A DNA stretch of 64,000 nt from an uncultured bacterium (GTDB lineage: Bacteria > Actinomycetota > Acidimicrobiia > Spongiisociales > ZC4RG35): the NCBI GenBank assembly GCA_963751005.1, contig CAVVSY010000012.1, positions 380,565 to 444,564 on the forward strand, in the 5' to 3' direction. A program made the translations under genes and the position numbers. Below the pieces are notes generated by a model. The model searched no databases and was not told the origin of the DNA. It saw only the letters and a list, made by a program, of their open reading frames with translations. This document shows, in pieces, positions 1-10,796 of the stretch (position 1 is its first letter; every line of letters starts with the position of its first letter).

Positions 1-437
1 CAAGCCAGACGCGACCGAGGAGGAGATGTGGGAGGCGTTGGAGATCGCCCAGGCCAAGGACTTCGTCACCGCCATGCCCGATGGTCTCCAATCGCCTATC
101 GCTCAGGGCGGCACCAACGTGTCCGGGGGCCAGCGGCAACGGCTCCAGATCGCCCGGGCCCTGATCAGGCGTCCGGAGATCTACGTCTTCGACGACTCGT
201 TCTCCGCACTCGACCTGGCCACCGACGCCCGGCTTCGCCGTGCCCTGCGGCCTGTCACGCGGGAGTCGACGGTGGTGATCGTGGCGCAGCGGATCTCGAC
301 GATCATCGACGCCGACCAGATCCTGGTGCTGGAAGATGGGCGCGACGATGGGTCTGGGCAGCCATGACGAACTGCTGGCCAACTGTCCCACCTATGTCGA
401 GATCGTCGAGTCGCAGGCCACGGCGGAGGCGGTGTGA
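1..437 (+). CDS. ABC exporter ATP-binding/permease subunit, C-terminal part (frameshift near 345)
   Basis: SGGQRQRL signature, VFDDSFSALD Walker B/D-loop; stop TGA 435-437 overlaps next ATG. Confidence 0.9.
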
Positions 438-2443
438 TGAGCGGGCGCACCATGAAACAGACGGAGCGCATCGAAGCTCCTCGCGGGCCCGGGATCGGCA
501 TGGGCGGCCAGCTCGGCTCGAAGGCGATGAACTTCGGGCCATCGCTGCGACGCCTCGCCGCCCAGCTCCGACCGCAACGGGTCAAAGTGGCACTGGTGAT
601 CGTGGCCGCCATCGCGGCCGTCGGCGCTGGCCTCCTTCGGCCCACGCGTGCTCGGTCGCGCCACCGACATCGTCTTCGCCGGGGCCGTGGGCGCCCAGTT
701 CCCGGACGACATGACTCGAACCGAGGCCATCGACGGAGCGCGGGCGGCCGGACAGGACCAGATCGCCGACCTGCTCTCGGGTATCGACTTCACGCCTGGT
801 GCCGGGATCGACTTCGAAGCCCTCGCCGCCGTGCTCGGCGTGGCCCTCGCCCTCTATGTCGGCTCGGCCCTGCTCTCGTACCTCCAGGGATGGCTGCTCA
901 ACGATGTGGTGCAGAGCACCATCTACCGACTCCGTTCCAACGTCGAGGACAAGCTCAACCGGCTCCCCCTCGGCTACTTCGACCGTCAGCCTCGCGGCGA
1001 GCTGCTGAGCCGGGTGACCAACGACATCGACAACATCGCCCAGAGCCTGCAGCAGACCATGAGCCAGCTGCTCACCTCCGTCCTCACCATCGTCTTCGTC
1101 GTGGCGATGATGTTCCTGATCTCGCCCTCACTCGCTCTCATCGCCCTGGTGACGATCCCGGTAACGATGGTCGTTGCCGGGCTGATCATGAAGAGGTCCC
1201 AGAAGCAGTTCATCTCACAGTGGCGTTTCACCGGGGCGCTGAATGGCCAGATCGAGGAGGCCTTCACCGGTCACTCCCTGGTCAAGGTGTTCGGGCGTCA
1301 GGAAGAGGTCGGAGCCCGTTTCGCCGAGGAGAACGAGCGGCTCTTCACGGCGAGCTTCGGCGCCCAGTTCCTCTCCGGGCTGATCATGCCGCTGATGATG
1401 TTCATCGGGAACCTCAACTACGTGATCATCGCCGTCGTCGGAGGGCTGCGAGTGGCCAGCGGCACCATGAGCCTCGGTGATGTCCAGGCTTTCATCCAGT
1501 ACTCCCGACAGTTCACCCAGCCGGTGACGCAGGTGGCCTCCATGATCAACCTGCTCCAGTCGGGTGTTGCGTCTGCAGAGCGCGTGTTCGAGCTCCTCGA
1601 CGAGGATGAGGAGCCGGCAGGACGACCACATGGGCACATTGCCGGGCGACGCCCACGGCCAGGTGACCTTCGAGAACGTCTCGTTCCGCTACGACCCGGA
1701 TCGTCCTCTCATCGACGACCTCAGCCTCACGGTCAGCCCCGGGCAGATGGTGGCGATCGTCGGGCCCACCGGGGCGGGCAAGACCACCCTCGTGAACCTG
1801 ATCATGCGGTTCTACGACCTCGACGCCGGTCGGATCACCCTCGACGGTGTCGACATCGCCACGTTGCAGCGTTCAGCCCTTCGCTCCCAGGTGGGAATGG
1901 TGCTCCAAGACACCTGGCTCTTCCACGGCACCATCCGGGACAACATCGCCTACGGCCGCCCCGATGCGAGCGAGGAGGAGATCCTCGCGGCGGCCCGGGC
2001 GACCTTCGTCGACCGCTTCGTGCACAGTCTGCCGGAGGGATACGACACGGTCATCGACGACGAGGGGAGCAACATCAGCGCCGGGGAGAAGCAGCTGATC
2101 ACGATCGCCCGCGCCTTCCTCGCCGGCCCCGCGCTCCTCATCCTCGACGAGGCGACGAGCTCTGTGGACACCAGGACCGAAGTGCTGCTCCAGCACGCCA
2201 TGTCGGCCCTACGCACCGAATCGCACGAGTTTCGTGATCGCACATCGGCTCTCGACCATCCGGGACGCCGACCTCATCCTGATGATGGAGGACGGTCAGA
2301 TCGTCGAGCGGGGAAGCCACGAGGAGCTCATCGAGCGCGGGGGTGCCTATGCCAACCTCTACAACTCCCAATTCGCCGGGCCTGATGTCGATTTCGAGCC
2401 TGCGTCACCCGTTTCCGGGATCCCCCTGTCCCCGATTCAGTAG
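437..2443 (+). CDS. ABC exporter permease/ATP-binding subunit, partner of a heterodimeric multidrug-type exporter (about 3 frameshifts)
   Basis: TM domain (ORF 648-), [33 protein letters not shown] spread over ORFs 434/648/1564/2234. Confidence 0.9.
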
Positions 2444-3003
2444 TCGATGCCCCGTCGGGCCATGACGCCGCGATCGAAGGCGTGTTTGACCTTTCGCATC
2501 TCGGTGACCGTGTCGGCGATCTCGACTATCGGAGCCGGGGCGTCCCGGCCGGTGAGGATGACATTCACCTGGTCGGGTCGATCCCTGAGCGTGGACACGG
2601 CCTCGTCGACATCGATCCAACCCCAGTTGATCGGGTAAGTCACCTCGTCGAGCACTATCAGGTCGTAGTCAGCGCTCGCGATGAGAGATTGGGCGTGCTC
2701 CCACGCCGCCCGGGCGATCGCCTCCGACTCCTCCATGCTCTGCGAGTCCCAGGTGAACCCGTCCCCCAACGCCCACCAATCGATCCCGACCTGACGACCG
2801 ATCTTCTCCTCGCCGACACTCCAGTCGCCCGACTTGAGGAACTGGACGACCGCAACTCTCCATCCCCTCGCTATCGCCCGCATCGCAGTTCCGAAGGCAG
2901 CGGTCGACTTGCCCTTGCCGTCCCCCGTGTTGACCAGCAGGAGCGAGGGCACCCGCATCGTGGCTTTGGGGGGCGCCTCAGTCGGTGGGACTTGGTCTGG
3001 CAT
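2437..3003 (-). CDS. cobO: cob(I)yrinic acid a,c-diamide adenosyltransferase (CobO/BtuR)
   Basis: [36 protein letters not shown] motifs. Confidence 0.95.
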   Translation of the reverse strand: MPDQVPPTEAPPKATMRVPSLLLVNTGDGKGKSTAAFGTAMRAIARGWRVAVVQFLKSGDWSVGEEKIGRQVGIDWWALGDGFTWDSQSMEESEAIARAAWEHAQSLIASADYDLIVLDEVTYPINWGWIDVDEAVSTLRDRPDQVNVILTGRDAPAPIVEIADTVTEMRKVKHAFDRGVMARRGIDY

Positions 3004-3751
3004 CCTTGCTCCTCAACGGGACGACGACCGGCCCGTCGATGTCGTCGATGACCTTGATCCCGGCACCGTAGTGAGCCCGCAACACCTCCTCGGTCAGCAC
3101 CATGGCCGGGCTCCCCTCCGCGACGACGCGGCCCGCAGAGAGCAGGATCAGCCGATCTGCATAGCGTCCGGCGAGGGTGAGGTCGTGGGCCGCCGTCACC
3201 ACGGTGAGCCCCTCTTGGTGACGCAAGTCGTCGAGAACCCCGAGCACGTCGACAGCGTGGCCCACGTCGAGACTCGCCGTCGGCTCGTCGAGGAGCAGAA
3301 CCGGGGCCTCCTGAGCCAGAGCCCTGGCGAGGACCGCGCGTTGCACCTCGCCACCGGAGAGCGTCCCCAGCGGCCGGCGCGCCAAGGTCGTGAGATCCAG
3401 TCTCTCCAGTGCGTCGTGCACCCGCTCCAGGTCGTGACGCCCCTCGGCGGCGAGATAGCCAAGATGGGGCGTCCTCCCCAGCAGCACGTAGTCGGCCACC
3501 CCCATCTCCTCGGGGAGGTGGGGTCGCTGCGGCATCCACGCCACGTCCAGCCCGGGTCGGGGGGTCAACCCAGCAGTCGTGACCGATCCGGAATGGGGAG
3601 CCCCGCCTACCGCGGTGCGGAGCAGGGTGGACTTGCCGGCACCGTTCGGCCCGATGAGGCCGAGCCACTCGCCGTCGCCCACCGAGATCGACACCGGCCC
3701 CAGCACTCGGCGCCCGCCATAGGTCACGCCTACCTCGTCCCAGGAGATCAC
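2978..3751 (-). CDS. cobalamin/iron-chelate ABC transporter ATP-binding protein (BtuD/FecE-like)
   Basis: GPNGAGKST, LSGGEVQR, LLLDEPT; GTG start overlaps permease stop. Confidence 0.9.
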   Translation of the reverse strand: MISWDEVGVTYGGRRVLGPVSISVGDGEWLGLIGPNGAGKSTLLRTAVGGAPHSGSVTTAGLTPRPGLDVAWMPQRPHLPEEMGVADYVLLGRTPHLGYLAAEGRHDLERVHDALERLDLTTLARRPLGTLSGGEVQRAVLARALAQEAPVLLLDEPTASLDVGHAVDVLGVLDDLRHQEGLTVVTAAHDLTLAGRYADRLILLSAGRVVAEGSPAMVLTEEVLRAHYGAGIKVIDDIDGPVVVPLRSKDARPSPTD

Positions 3752-4791
3752 GTCGGGCCCCGCATGGTGCGCAGCACGAGAAGGAAGAACGGCGCGCCGA
3801 AGAACGCGGTGACCACACCGATGGGCAGCTCGGCAGGTGCCATCAGGGTGCGGGCGGCCACGTCGGCCAGCATCAGGAAGGCGGCGCCGAAGAAGGCAGA
3901 CAACGGGATGATCACCCGGTACGACCAGCCGAAGATCAGCCTGACGGTGTGAGGGACGATGATCCCGACGAAACCGATCAGACCGCTGACCGCGACCGCT
4001 GCCGCCGTGGCCAGCGTGGCGGCCACCACCATCACGATCCGGACCCTGCCCACCTTCACCCCGAAGGCGACGGCCTCCTCGTCGCCCAGACTCATCACAT
4101 CGAGGAGACGCCGTCCCCCCCAGAGCACAACGAGGGCGACGATGGCGTAGGGAAGCAGGCTTCGGACCTCGGTCCAGCCGACCGTGACCAGCCGGCCCAG
4201 GAGCCATGAGTAGACCTCGCGGAGCGTCTCGACGTTCTGTTGGAGGATGTAGGTCTGGACCGCGGTGGCGAATGCCGAGACTGCGACTCCCGCCAGGATC
4301 AGTGACGTCGGCGATCGTCCCCCGACCGATCTGCCCAGGCCGTAGGTCACCACGACCGCAGCCATCCCGCCGACGAAGGCGAGGACGGCGACCAATGTCG
4401 AGTCTCCATTCGTCGCGAACGCCACCGTCGCCCCCAGCCCCGCCCCGGCCGCGACACCGAGGAGGAAGGGGTCGGCGAGGGCATTGCGAAACACGCCCTG
4501 ATATGAGGCTCCGGCCACGGCGAGAACGGCACCCACCAATGCGCCGAGCACCACCCGGGGCATCCTGATCTCGAACAGGATGGTGGTCTGCACCTCGGTG
4601 AGGCCGCTGTCGACGGACACACCGGGGATGGCGTCGATCATCGCCCGGATCACATCGACTGGGTCGAGACCCGCCGCCCCGACAACGCAGCCGAGGATGG
4701 CGGCGAACAGGACGGCCACCACGCCGGCGAGCCATGAGGCCCACCCGACCCGAGTCGGGCGAGCCTCGACAGCGGCGGGCTCGGAAGTCAA
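3748..4791 (-). CDS. FecCD/BtuC-family permease
   Basis: RMPRVVLG, FRNALADPFLLG, GLIGFVGIIVPH, ELPIGVVTA. Confidence 0.92.
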   Translation of the reverse strand: MTSEPAAVEARPTRVGWASWLAGVVAVLFAAILGCVVGAAGLDPVDVIRAMIDAIPGVSVDSGLTEVQTTILFEIRMPRVVLGALVGAVLAVAGASYQGVFRNALADPFLLGVAAGAGLGATVAFATNGDSTLVAVLAFVGGMAAVVVTYGLGRSVGGRSPTSLILAGVAVSAFATAVQTYILQQNVETLREVYSWLLGRLVTVGWTEVRSLLPYAIVALVVLWGGRRLLDVMSLGDEEAVAFGVKVGRVRIVMVVAATLATAAAVAVSGLIGFVGIIVPHTVRLIFGWSYRVIIPLSAFFGAAFLMLADVAARTLMAPAELPIGVVTAFFGAPFFLLVLRTMRGPT

Positions 4792-5771
4792 TCCTCGCTC
4801 ACGTATTCCTCGAGCGCGGCCGAGATCGACTGGGCGAACTCGACGATCCTCGGCCCCCATCTCGACGCTATGTCGGAATCGAGACCGAAGATCGAGCCAT
4901 CCTCGACTGCAGAGAGGGATCCCCATCCGGGTCGGGCGGCGACCGTCTCCGCCGTCTCCCCGTACAACGTGTCGGCGAGGAAGATCAGGTCGGGATCGCT
5001 CTCCACGATGTACTCACTGGACAGCTGCGGGTAGCCGAACCCGTCCGGATCCGCCTCGTCTGCGATGTTGGCCAACCCGAACATGGTGTAGATGCTCCCG
5101 AACAATGTCGACGAGGTCAGGGTGTAGAACGTGTTGTCGACCTCGTGGTAGTAGTCGGTTCCCTCGGGGACCTCCGGGGCGTCGGCGACAGCCTTGTCGA
5201 GATCGGTGGCGATCTGCTCGTTGACGATGATGGCGTCGTCACCGTGACCCGTGGCGGCGCCGACCGCCTCGATCTGGCGGTACACGTCGTCGAGTGTCGC
5301 CGCCGCTCCGAAGTTGACGACTGGAACGCCGGCGGCGCTCAGTTGGGCCACCAAGTCGGCCGGGTCGTAGCTGATGAACACGACATCGGGCTCGTAACCG
5401 AGGATCGCCTCGACGTTGGGAGTGAACCCGGAGAGGTCGGTCATCGGCGCCTCCGCCGGGTAGTTCGACTGGTCGTCGACCGCGACGACCTGATCACCAG
5501 CACCAACTGCGAACAGCATCTCCGTGGCCACGCTGGACAGGGAGACGATCCGCTCGGGCTCCTCGTCGATGGTCACCGAGCCGTTGTCGGCCTCGATGGT
5601 GACCGGGAACCCGTCGGACGCGGCTGTGGTGGCCGGCTCGACGGTCGTGGTGGTGACCGCCTGAGCCACGGTGGTCGTGGGCGGCTCGGCGGTCGTGGAC
5701 GTGGCCCCGCCGTCGGCCGGGCCGCAGGCAGCTGCGAACAGCAGCGCCAGGAGCAGGAGACTCCGCTTCAT
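4788..5771 (-). CDS. cobalamin-binding lipoprotein (BtuF-like)
   Basis: Lipobox AAAC, Thr-rich linker, ERIVSLS..TEMLFAVG, PNVEAIL, SRWGPRI; downstream of cobalamin riboswitch. Confidence 0.88.
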   Translation of the reverse strand: MKRSLLLLALLFAAACGPADGGATSTTAEPPTTTVAQAVTTTTVEPATTAASDGFPVTIEADNGSVTIDEEPERIVSLSSVATEMLFAVGAGDQVVAVDDQSNYPAEAPMTDLSGFTPNVEAILGYEPDVVFISYDPADLVAQLSAAGVPVVNFGAAATLDDVYRQIEAVGAATGHGDDAIIVNEQIATDLDKAVADAPEVPEGTDYYHEVDNTFYTLTSSTLFGSIYTMFGLANIADEADPDGFGYPQLSSEYIVESDPDLIFLADTLYGETAETVAARPGWGSLSAVEDGSIFGLDSDIASRWGPRIVEFAQSISAALEEYVSED

Positions 5772-5777
5772 GAAAAA

Positions 5778-5799
5778 CATCCTCCGTTTTCGGAGGATG
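5778..5799 (-). promoter_or_regulatory. RBS-sequestering hairpin (riboswitch expression platform)
   Basis: CATCCTCCG-AAAA-CGGAGGATG, 9-bp perfect stem; its 3' arm is the GGAGG 9 nt before the ATG at 5771. Confidence 0.75.
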
Positions 5800-5844
5800 A
5801 AGAGGTGTGGCTTCCCTGAGCACACGGTTCCGTCTTCATCCGAG

Positions 5845-5985
5845 ACTTTCACGCGGCCCCGATACCAGGCGACCTGGCTCGTCTCTCTCCCGGCATCGGC
5901 CACTCGGCCGGGACGGGAAGGAGCTTCACAGTTGCGGGACAGCGTCGGGTTCGAACCGACTTCGCTGTTCCGGGGCACCCGCAGG
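5845..5985 (-). promoter_or_regulatory. cobalamin riboswitch (ends approximate)
   Basis: Minus strand GCGAAGTCGGTTCGAACCCGACGCTGTCCCGCAACTGTGA...GAGCCAGGTCGCC resembles the B12 element core; precedes a B12 uptake operon. Confidence 0.88.
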
Positions 5986-6128
5986 TTGCAGCGGGCGAGA
6001 CCGAGGCTACCACGACGACACAGGCCTCCCCCGCTCCAACGTTCCGACGCCATCAGCCACAGGCCGTAGAGGGTCGCCCCTTTCAGAATGTCATGCCACG
6101 CCAACCGGCCGAAGGCCGGCGGGGGGTC

Positions 6129-6173
6129 TGAGGGGGGTCGCCCCCCTCAATGTGAGAGCCCCCCTCAATGTGA
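6129..6173. terminator. GC-rich hairpin plus 16-nt tandem duplication after htrA
   Basis: TGAGGGGGG-TCG-CCCCCCTCA (6129-6149); GCCCCCCTCAATGTGA at 6140 and 6158. Confidence 0.45.
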
Positions 6174-6176
6174 CAG

Positions 6177-7250
6177 CTACCCGAGGTCTTCGGTGCGGAC
6201 GTCGAGGGTCACCGAGACCGTCATCTGCTCGCCGTCCCGGATCAAGGTCATGTCGACGGTCTCCCCGGGGCGGTGGGCCCGAACCTGGGCGATGAGATCG
6301 TCCCAACCGAGCACGGCGACATCGTCGAAGGTGATGACCACGTCGTCGACCTGGATCCCGGCGACATCGGCGGCCGAGTCGGAGGTCACCTCGGTGATGA
6401 GGGTCCCCGCCTGGCCTTCGGTGTCGACATCGGCGCCACGCACGCCGAGGAACGCCGTCTCCAGGGGCTCGCCCGAGATGATGCTGTCGGCGTAGGCGAT
6501 GGCGATCGCCGAGGGCACCGCGAACCCGACACCGTCATTGGCTCCCGAATTGCTGAATATCGAGACGTTGATCCCCACCACGTTGCCGTTGCGGTCGACC
6601 AGTGCTCCCCCGGAGTTTCCGGGGTTGATGGCTGCGTCGGTCTGCACCATCGCCGAACAGGTGTCGGCTGAGCAGTTCGTCTGATCCACTGCCGAGATGA
6701 TCCCGGCGGTGACAGTGGATTCCAGGCCCCAGGGGCTCCCGACGGCGACGGCCATCTGGCCGACCCGCGGCTTCTCCGGGTCGAAGGTGGCGGCGGGGAG
6801 ATCCTCACGGTCCACCTGGATGACGGCGATATCGACCTCGGGGGCGGTGCCGAGCACCGTTCCGGTGGTCTGATCGCCATCGGCGAACCGGATCCTCACC
6901 GTGTCGGATCCTTCGACGACGTGGGCCGCGGTGACGATGGTGCCGTCACTGCCGTAGATCACACCTGAACCGAGACCGCTCTCGGTCTCGATGAAGACGA
7001 CGGAGGGAAGGATGACCTCGGCGGCGTCGGCGATGGGCTCATCCCCCGTCAGATACGACGGTGCGCTCACGTCGACGGCCTCGGGGCCGGTGGTGGTCGT
7101 GGTGTCGAGGCCGGCGGACTCCTCACCCGATGTGGTCGGGTAGAGCCACATGATCCCGGCTACGAGCAGCGCCACGCCCCCGAAGAAGAGGAGCGCCGAC
7201 AGCCATCCGGTTGGCTGGCGGGGTCCTGTGGTTGTGGGTTCTTGTGTCAA
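6177..7250 (-). CDS. HtrA/DegP-family serine protease with PDZ domain
   Basis: N-terminal TM, TAAHVV, DIAV, QTDAAINPGNSGG; TTG start with GGAGG. Confidence 0.93.
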   Translation of the reverse strand: MTQEPTTTGPRQPTGWLSALLFFGGVALLVAGIMWLYPTTSGEESAGLDTTTTTGPEAVDVSAPSYLTGDEPIADAAEVILPSVVFIETESGLGSGVIYGSDGTIVTAAHVVEGSDTVRIRFADGDQTTGTVLGTAPEVDIAVIQVDREDLPAATFDPEKPRVGQMAVAVGSPWGLESTVTAGIISAVDQTNCSADTCSAMVQTDAAINPGNSGGALVDRNGNVVGINVSIFSNSGANDGVGFAVPSAIAIAYADSIISGEPLETAFLGVRGADVDTEGQAGTLITEVTSDSAADVAGIQVDDVVITFDDVAVLGWDDLIAQVRAHRPGETVDMTLIRDGEQMTVSVTLDVRTEDLG

Positions 7251-7313
7251 TTCTCGACCTCCTGGTACATCCGACCCTAAGGGCGAGGGATTAAGCACCC
7301 GCTAAACCACTCA

Positions 7314-8467
7314 TTAAGAATCGATGAAGGGCGCCGACGCGGGGACCGGGCCAGGGCTGTCGACCGCGGGGAGCCAGACCACCATGGTGGTGCCTTTGCC
7401 CGTGCTACCGGGAAACGAGGCCAGGCTGCCTCCGTGTGCCTCGGCGACCTGGGTCACGATGGAGAGACCGAGCCCGACGCGATCCGTGCTCGACTTCGGG
7501 GAGCCCCGGTCCCGAGTCTTCGACGAGGAGCCATGCCCAATCGTTGGAGCGCCCGTCACCGACCAGCACCGTCGATCCCGGAGGCGCGGCTCTCACTGCG
7601 TTCTCGATGAGGTTGCTCAAGGCGCGGTCCAGGGCGACTGCGACCCCACTGACCGTCACCGATCGTCGGCCGGCTCTCTACAGACACCGACGATTCCGCG
7701 GCCAGACGCGGTGAAGTCCGCCACCTTGGCCACGACCAGTTCACCCAGATCGACTTCGACGGCGCCGGGCCCGACCGGTCTGCAGTCGGGCAGTTGCCAG
7801 CAGACCCTGGATCATCTCGGACATCTTCTCGGCGTTGCGCTGGATCACCGCCCCTGCCCGACGCCAGTCTTCGACGTCCGCATCAGAGTCGGCGGCGACC
7901 AGCTCGACGTTGGATCGGATCACGGTAAGGGGGGTGCGTAAGTCGTGACTGGTGTCGGCGAGGAACTGCCTCTGGCTCGCGAAGGCGATGTCGAGACGTC
8001 GGAGCATCTCGTCGAACGTGTCGGCGAGACGTTTCAGCTCGTCGTCCGGCCCTTCCAGTGCGATCCTCCTGCTGAGGTCGGACGCTTGGATCTCCCGCGC
8101 CACAGCGGTGATCTCCCCGACCGGCTTGAGCACGCGCCCCGACATGATCCATCCCACGATCAGGCTGAGCAGGAAGAGGAGACCGATCGCGATGAGCGTG
8201 AACCGGGCCACTTCGTCGAGAACGATCTCGTTGTAGATCGACTCGATCGCCCGGACCTCGATCTCCTCGTAGTGGGGCAGGATGACCACCTGACCCGACT
8301 CGAAGGACCACGCGGCGGCCGGTCCACAGCTCGGCCATCATCGTCTGGGAATCGATCTTCCTCTGCACGGCTATGTAGACCAGGCCGAGCAGACCACCCC
8401 CGATCCCGAACACCAGCGCCGAGTACTGCACCGAGAGCCGGAACCGGATCGATTGCCAGCTGGGCAT
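7314..8467 (-). CDS. HAMP sensor histidine kinase (frameshifted)
   Basis: TM, GPDDELKRLADTFD, SHDLRTPL, NLIENA, DSGPG, GLGLSIV. Confidence 0.88.
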
Positions 8468-9145
8468 CAATCCTCCTCCAGCCGGTATCCACGGCCGGCG
8501 ACGGTGGAGATGAGCGGGGGCTCGCCCAGCTTCTTGCGCAGGTTGCTCACGGTGACCCTCACCACGTTGGTCATCGGGTCGGTCATCTCGTCCCAGACAT
8601 GCTCGAGCAGGTGCTCCTGGCCCATCACCACACCGGCGTTGGCCATGAAGTAGTGGAGAAGGGCGAACTCCTTGGCGGTCAGGTCGAGACGTGCCCCGTC
8701 GCGTCCTGGCTACGAACCGCGCCGGATCGAGAACGAGAGGACCCACCGACAGGACCGGGTCGTTGTCGGTGTCCCGCCGGATCAGGGCACGAACCCGAGC
8801 AGACAGCTCGGCGAAGGCGAACGGCTTGACCAGGTAGTCGTCGGCACCCGAGTCCAGCCCGGCGACTCTGTCCTCCACGTCGTCGCGGGCGGTGAGCATC
8901 AGGATGCGGGGACGATCACCTTCCAGAGTCGGCAAGTCACCCGAGACCAGGTCACGGCACAGCTGCAGACCTGATCCGTCGGGAAGGTTCCAGTCGAGGA
9001 TCGCCAGGTCGTAGCCGGCGGATCGCAGCTTTATCTCGGCTTCGGACACCCGGGTCGCCACATCTACGGCGTGGCCATCACGACGTAGCCCGCGGGCGAC
9101 CACATCGGCCAGATCCGGCTCGTCTTCGACAACTAGGAGACGCAC
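8467..9145 (-). CDS. OmpR-family response regulator (frameshift near 8710)
   Basis: LLVVEDE, ILDWNLP, MLTARD, GADDYLVKPF; wHTH continues in another frame. Confidence 0.9.
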
Positions 9146-9277
9146 GAAACACCAAAGATACGAGGCATTGCCTAATCGGTGGATAAACCGGGGTTCTACC
9201 CGATCGCAGGCAAGTATGGACTTCCGACCTATGCACTGGATGCAACCTTTGGCCGAATCTGAGAGTCGGAGATATCG

Positions 9278-9454
9278 ATGGTCGTGACATTCATCACTCA
9301 AGACCGGGACGGGTTCCACACCTACACCGGGCACGTGGTCAGCCGAGGCCCGTCCACGATCGTGGTCCTGCTCACCGAGCCTTTCAGCCTCGCTGGCCGA
9401 TCCGTGCAATTCCGCATCAACGAAGTGGTCGAGGAAAAGGTGGTTTCGGCCTAG
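9278..9454 (+). CDS. small hypothetical protein, 58 aa (not in ORF track)
   Basis: GGAGA then ATG; MVVTFITQDRDGFHTYTGHVVSRGPSTIVVLLTEPFSLAGRSVQFRINEVVEEKVVSA; GC3-biased codons. Confidence 0.65.
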   Translation: MVVTFITQDRDGFHTYTGHVVSRGPSTIVVLLTEPFSLAGRSVQFRINEVVEEKVVSA

Positions 9455-9485
9455 ACCCCCACCAGGTCAGGGATAGGCTGAACCC

Positions 9486-9755
9486 ATGTTGTTGGATGCC
9501 TCGACTTTCGTCACTTTCGCCATCCTCGGCGGGGTAGGGGCACTGGCCGGCTTTATCGGCGGGTTCATCGCCCGGGCCGACAACCTGTTCGGGACGATCC
9601 TGATGGGGGTCATCGGCGGTATCGCCCTGTCGGCGATCTTCCGTGTCGCCGGCGCTCCGGTGATCTATGGCGTAGGTGCCGAGGAGTTCTCGGTCGTCTG
9701 GGCAGCCGTTGGTGGGCTCGTGCTCGGCTACGCGGTGGGCAGCTCCAACGTCTGA
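9486..9755 (+). CDS. small Gly-rich membrane protein (GlsB/YeaQ/YmgE-like)
   Basis: Three hydrophobic Gly-rich segments; TAGGCT 6 nt upstream. Confidence 0.65.
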   Translation: MLLDASTFVTFAILGGVGALAGFIGGFIARADNLFGTILMGVIGGIALSAIFRVAGAPVIYGVGAEEFSVVWAAVGGLVLGYAVGSSNV

Positions 9756-9772
9756 GCCGTCCCCTCGCCGTC

Positions 9773-10582
9773 GTGGTGGCTGCGGGCATCATCTTCGCAG
9801 TCAGCGCCTGCAGTTCGGTCTCGGAGGCGCCCACGTCCAGCGGAGAAACCACCACCTCGCTCGCCTCCACAACGACGGAGCCGACCACCACGTCTACCAC
9901 GACTGTCGCGACCACCACCCCCCCGTCGACCACGACCACAGCCGATCCCGCCACCACCACTTCCAGCAGCGGGGAAGGGACCACTCCAACCCAGGGGACG
10001 ACGCCGACCACCGTGCCTGAGCGCAACGAGAACATCGAGGACGTCGACGCCGCGGCGCTCGCCCACAGCTACACGGCCGACTGCCCGGTGCGTCCCGAGG
10101 ATGTCGTCCTGGTCCGGGTCCGGCATTGGGGTTTCGACGGGCAGGTACACAACGGCGCCATCGTGGTGGCGCGGGCACAGGGCGAGGCGGTCGCCGATAT
10201 CTTCGCCCGCCTCTTCACGGCGCGTTATCCCATCCAGAGCGTCATCCCGATCGGCGACCTGCCGGTGGGCATCGAGGACTCCGACCCCAACTACAACAAC
10301 ACGTCGGCTCTGCACTGTCGTCGCGCCACGGGATCGACCCGCTGGTCCGAGCATGCCAAGGGCCTCGCCATCGACATCAACCCGTTCCAGAACCCATTCA
10401 TCACCCCCAACATCCTGTGGCCGGCCAACTCGGAGCGATATCTCGACCGCACGTTGGGCGAGCCGGGCATGATCGTCGACGACGACGTGGTGGTTCGCGC
10501 CTTCGCCGCCAACGGATGGCTCTGGGGCGGCTACTGGTCCTCCATCAAGGACTACCAACACTTCTCGGTCAGCGGACGCTGA
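9773..10582 (+). CDS. M15-family metallopeptidase lipoprotein
   Basis: Lipobox VSAC, Thr-rich linker, SEHAKGLAIDINP, WGGYW, DYQHF. Confidence 0.88.
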   Translation: MVAAGIIFAVSACSSVSEAPTSSGETTTSLASTTTEPTTTSTTTVATTTPPSTTTTADPATTTSSSGEGTTPTQGTTPTTVPERNENIEDVDAAALAHSYTADCPVRPEDVVLVRVRHWGFDGQVHNGAIVVARAQGEAVADIFARLFTARYPIQSVIPIGDLPVGIEDSDPNYNNTSALHCRRATGSTRWSEHAKGLAIDINPFQNPFITPNILWPANSERYLDRTLGEPGMIVDDDVVVRAFAANGWLWGGYWSSIKDYQHFSVSGR

Positions 10583-10601
10583 CGGATTCGTGACGACACG
10601 T

Positions 10602-10774
10602 CGAACCCGGGGTTGATGGCGTCATATACGGCGGTAAGACGCTCGAGTATCGTCAGGAGTGCCGGCGCATATCTGAAGACTCGAGCGGATAACCGCCGTG
10701 TCCGGCGGCGTGTCGAATGAAATTCGACACGGATACCGCTGCCGCCTCCAGGACAGGCATGAACCCCGGGTTCG
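10602..10774. repeat. composite REP/MITE-like element
   Basis: CGAACCCGGGGTT(G/C)ATG inverted at both ends; internal inverted arm 10679-10699; hairpin 10709-10731. Confidence 0.7.
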
Positions 10775-10796
10775 CTGTTCGCTGGTTGCGCCGGGC

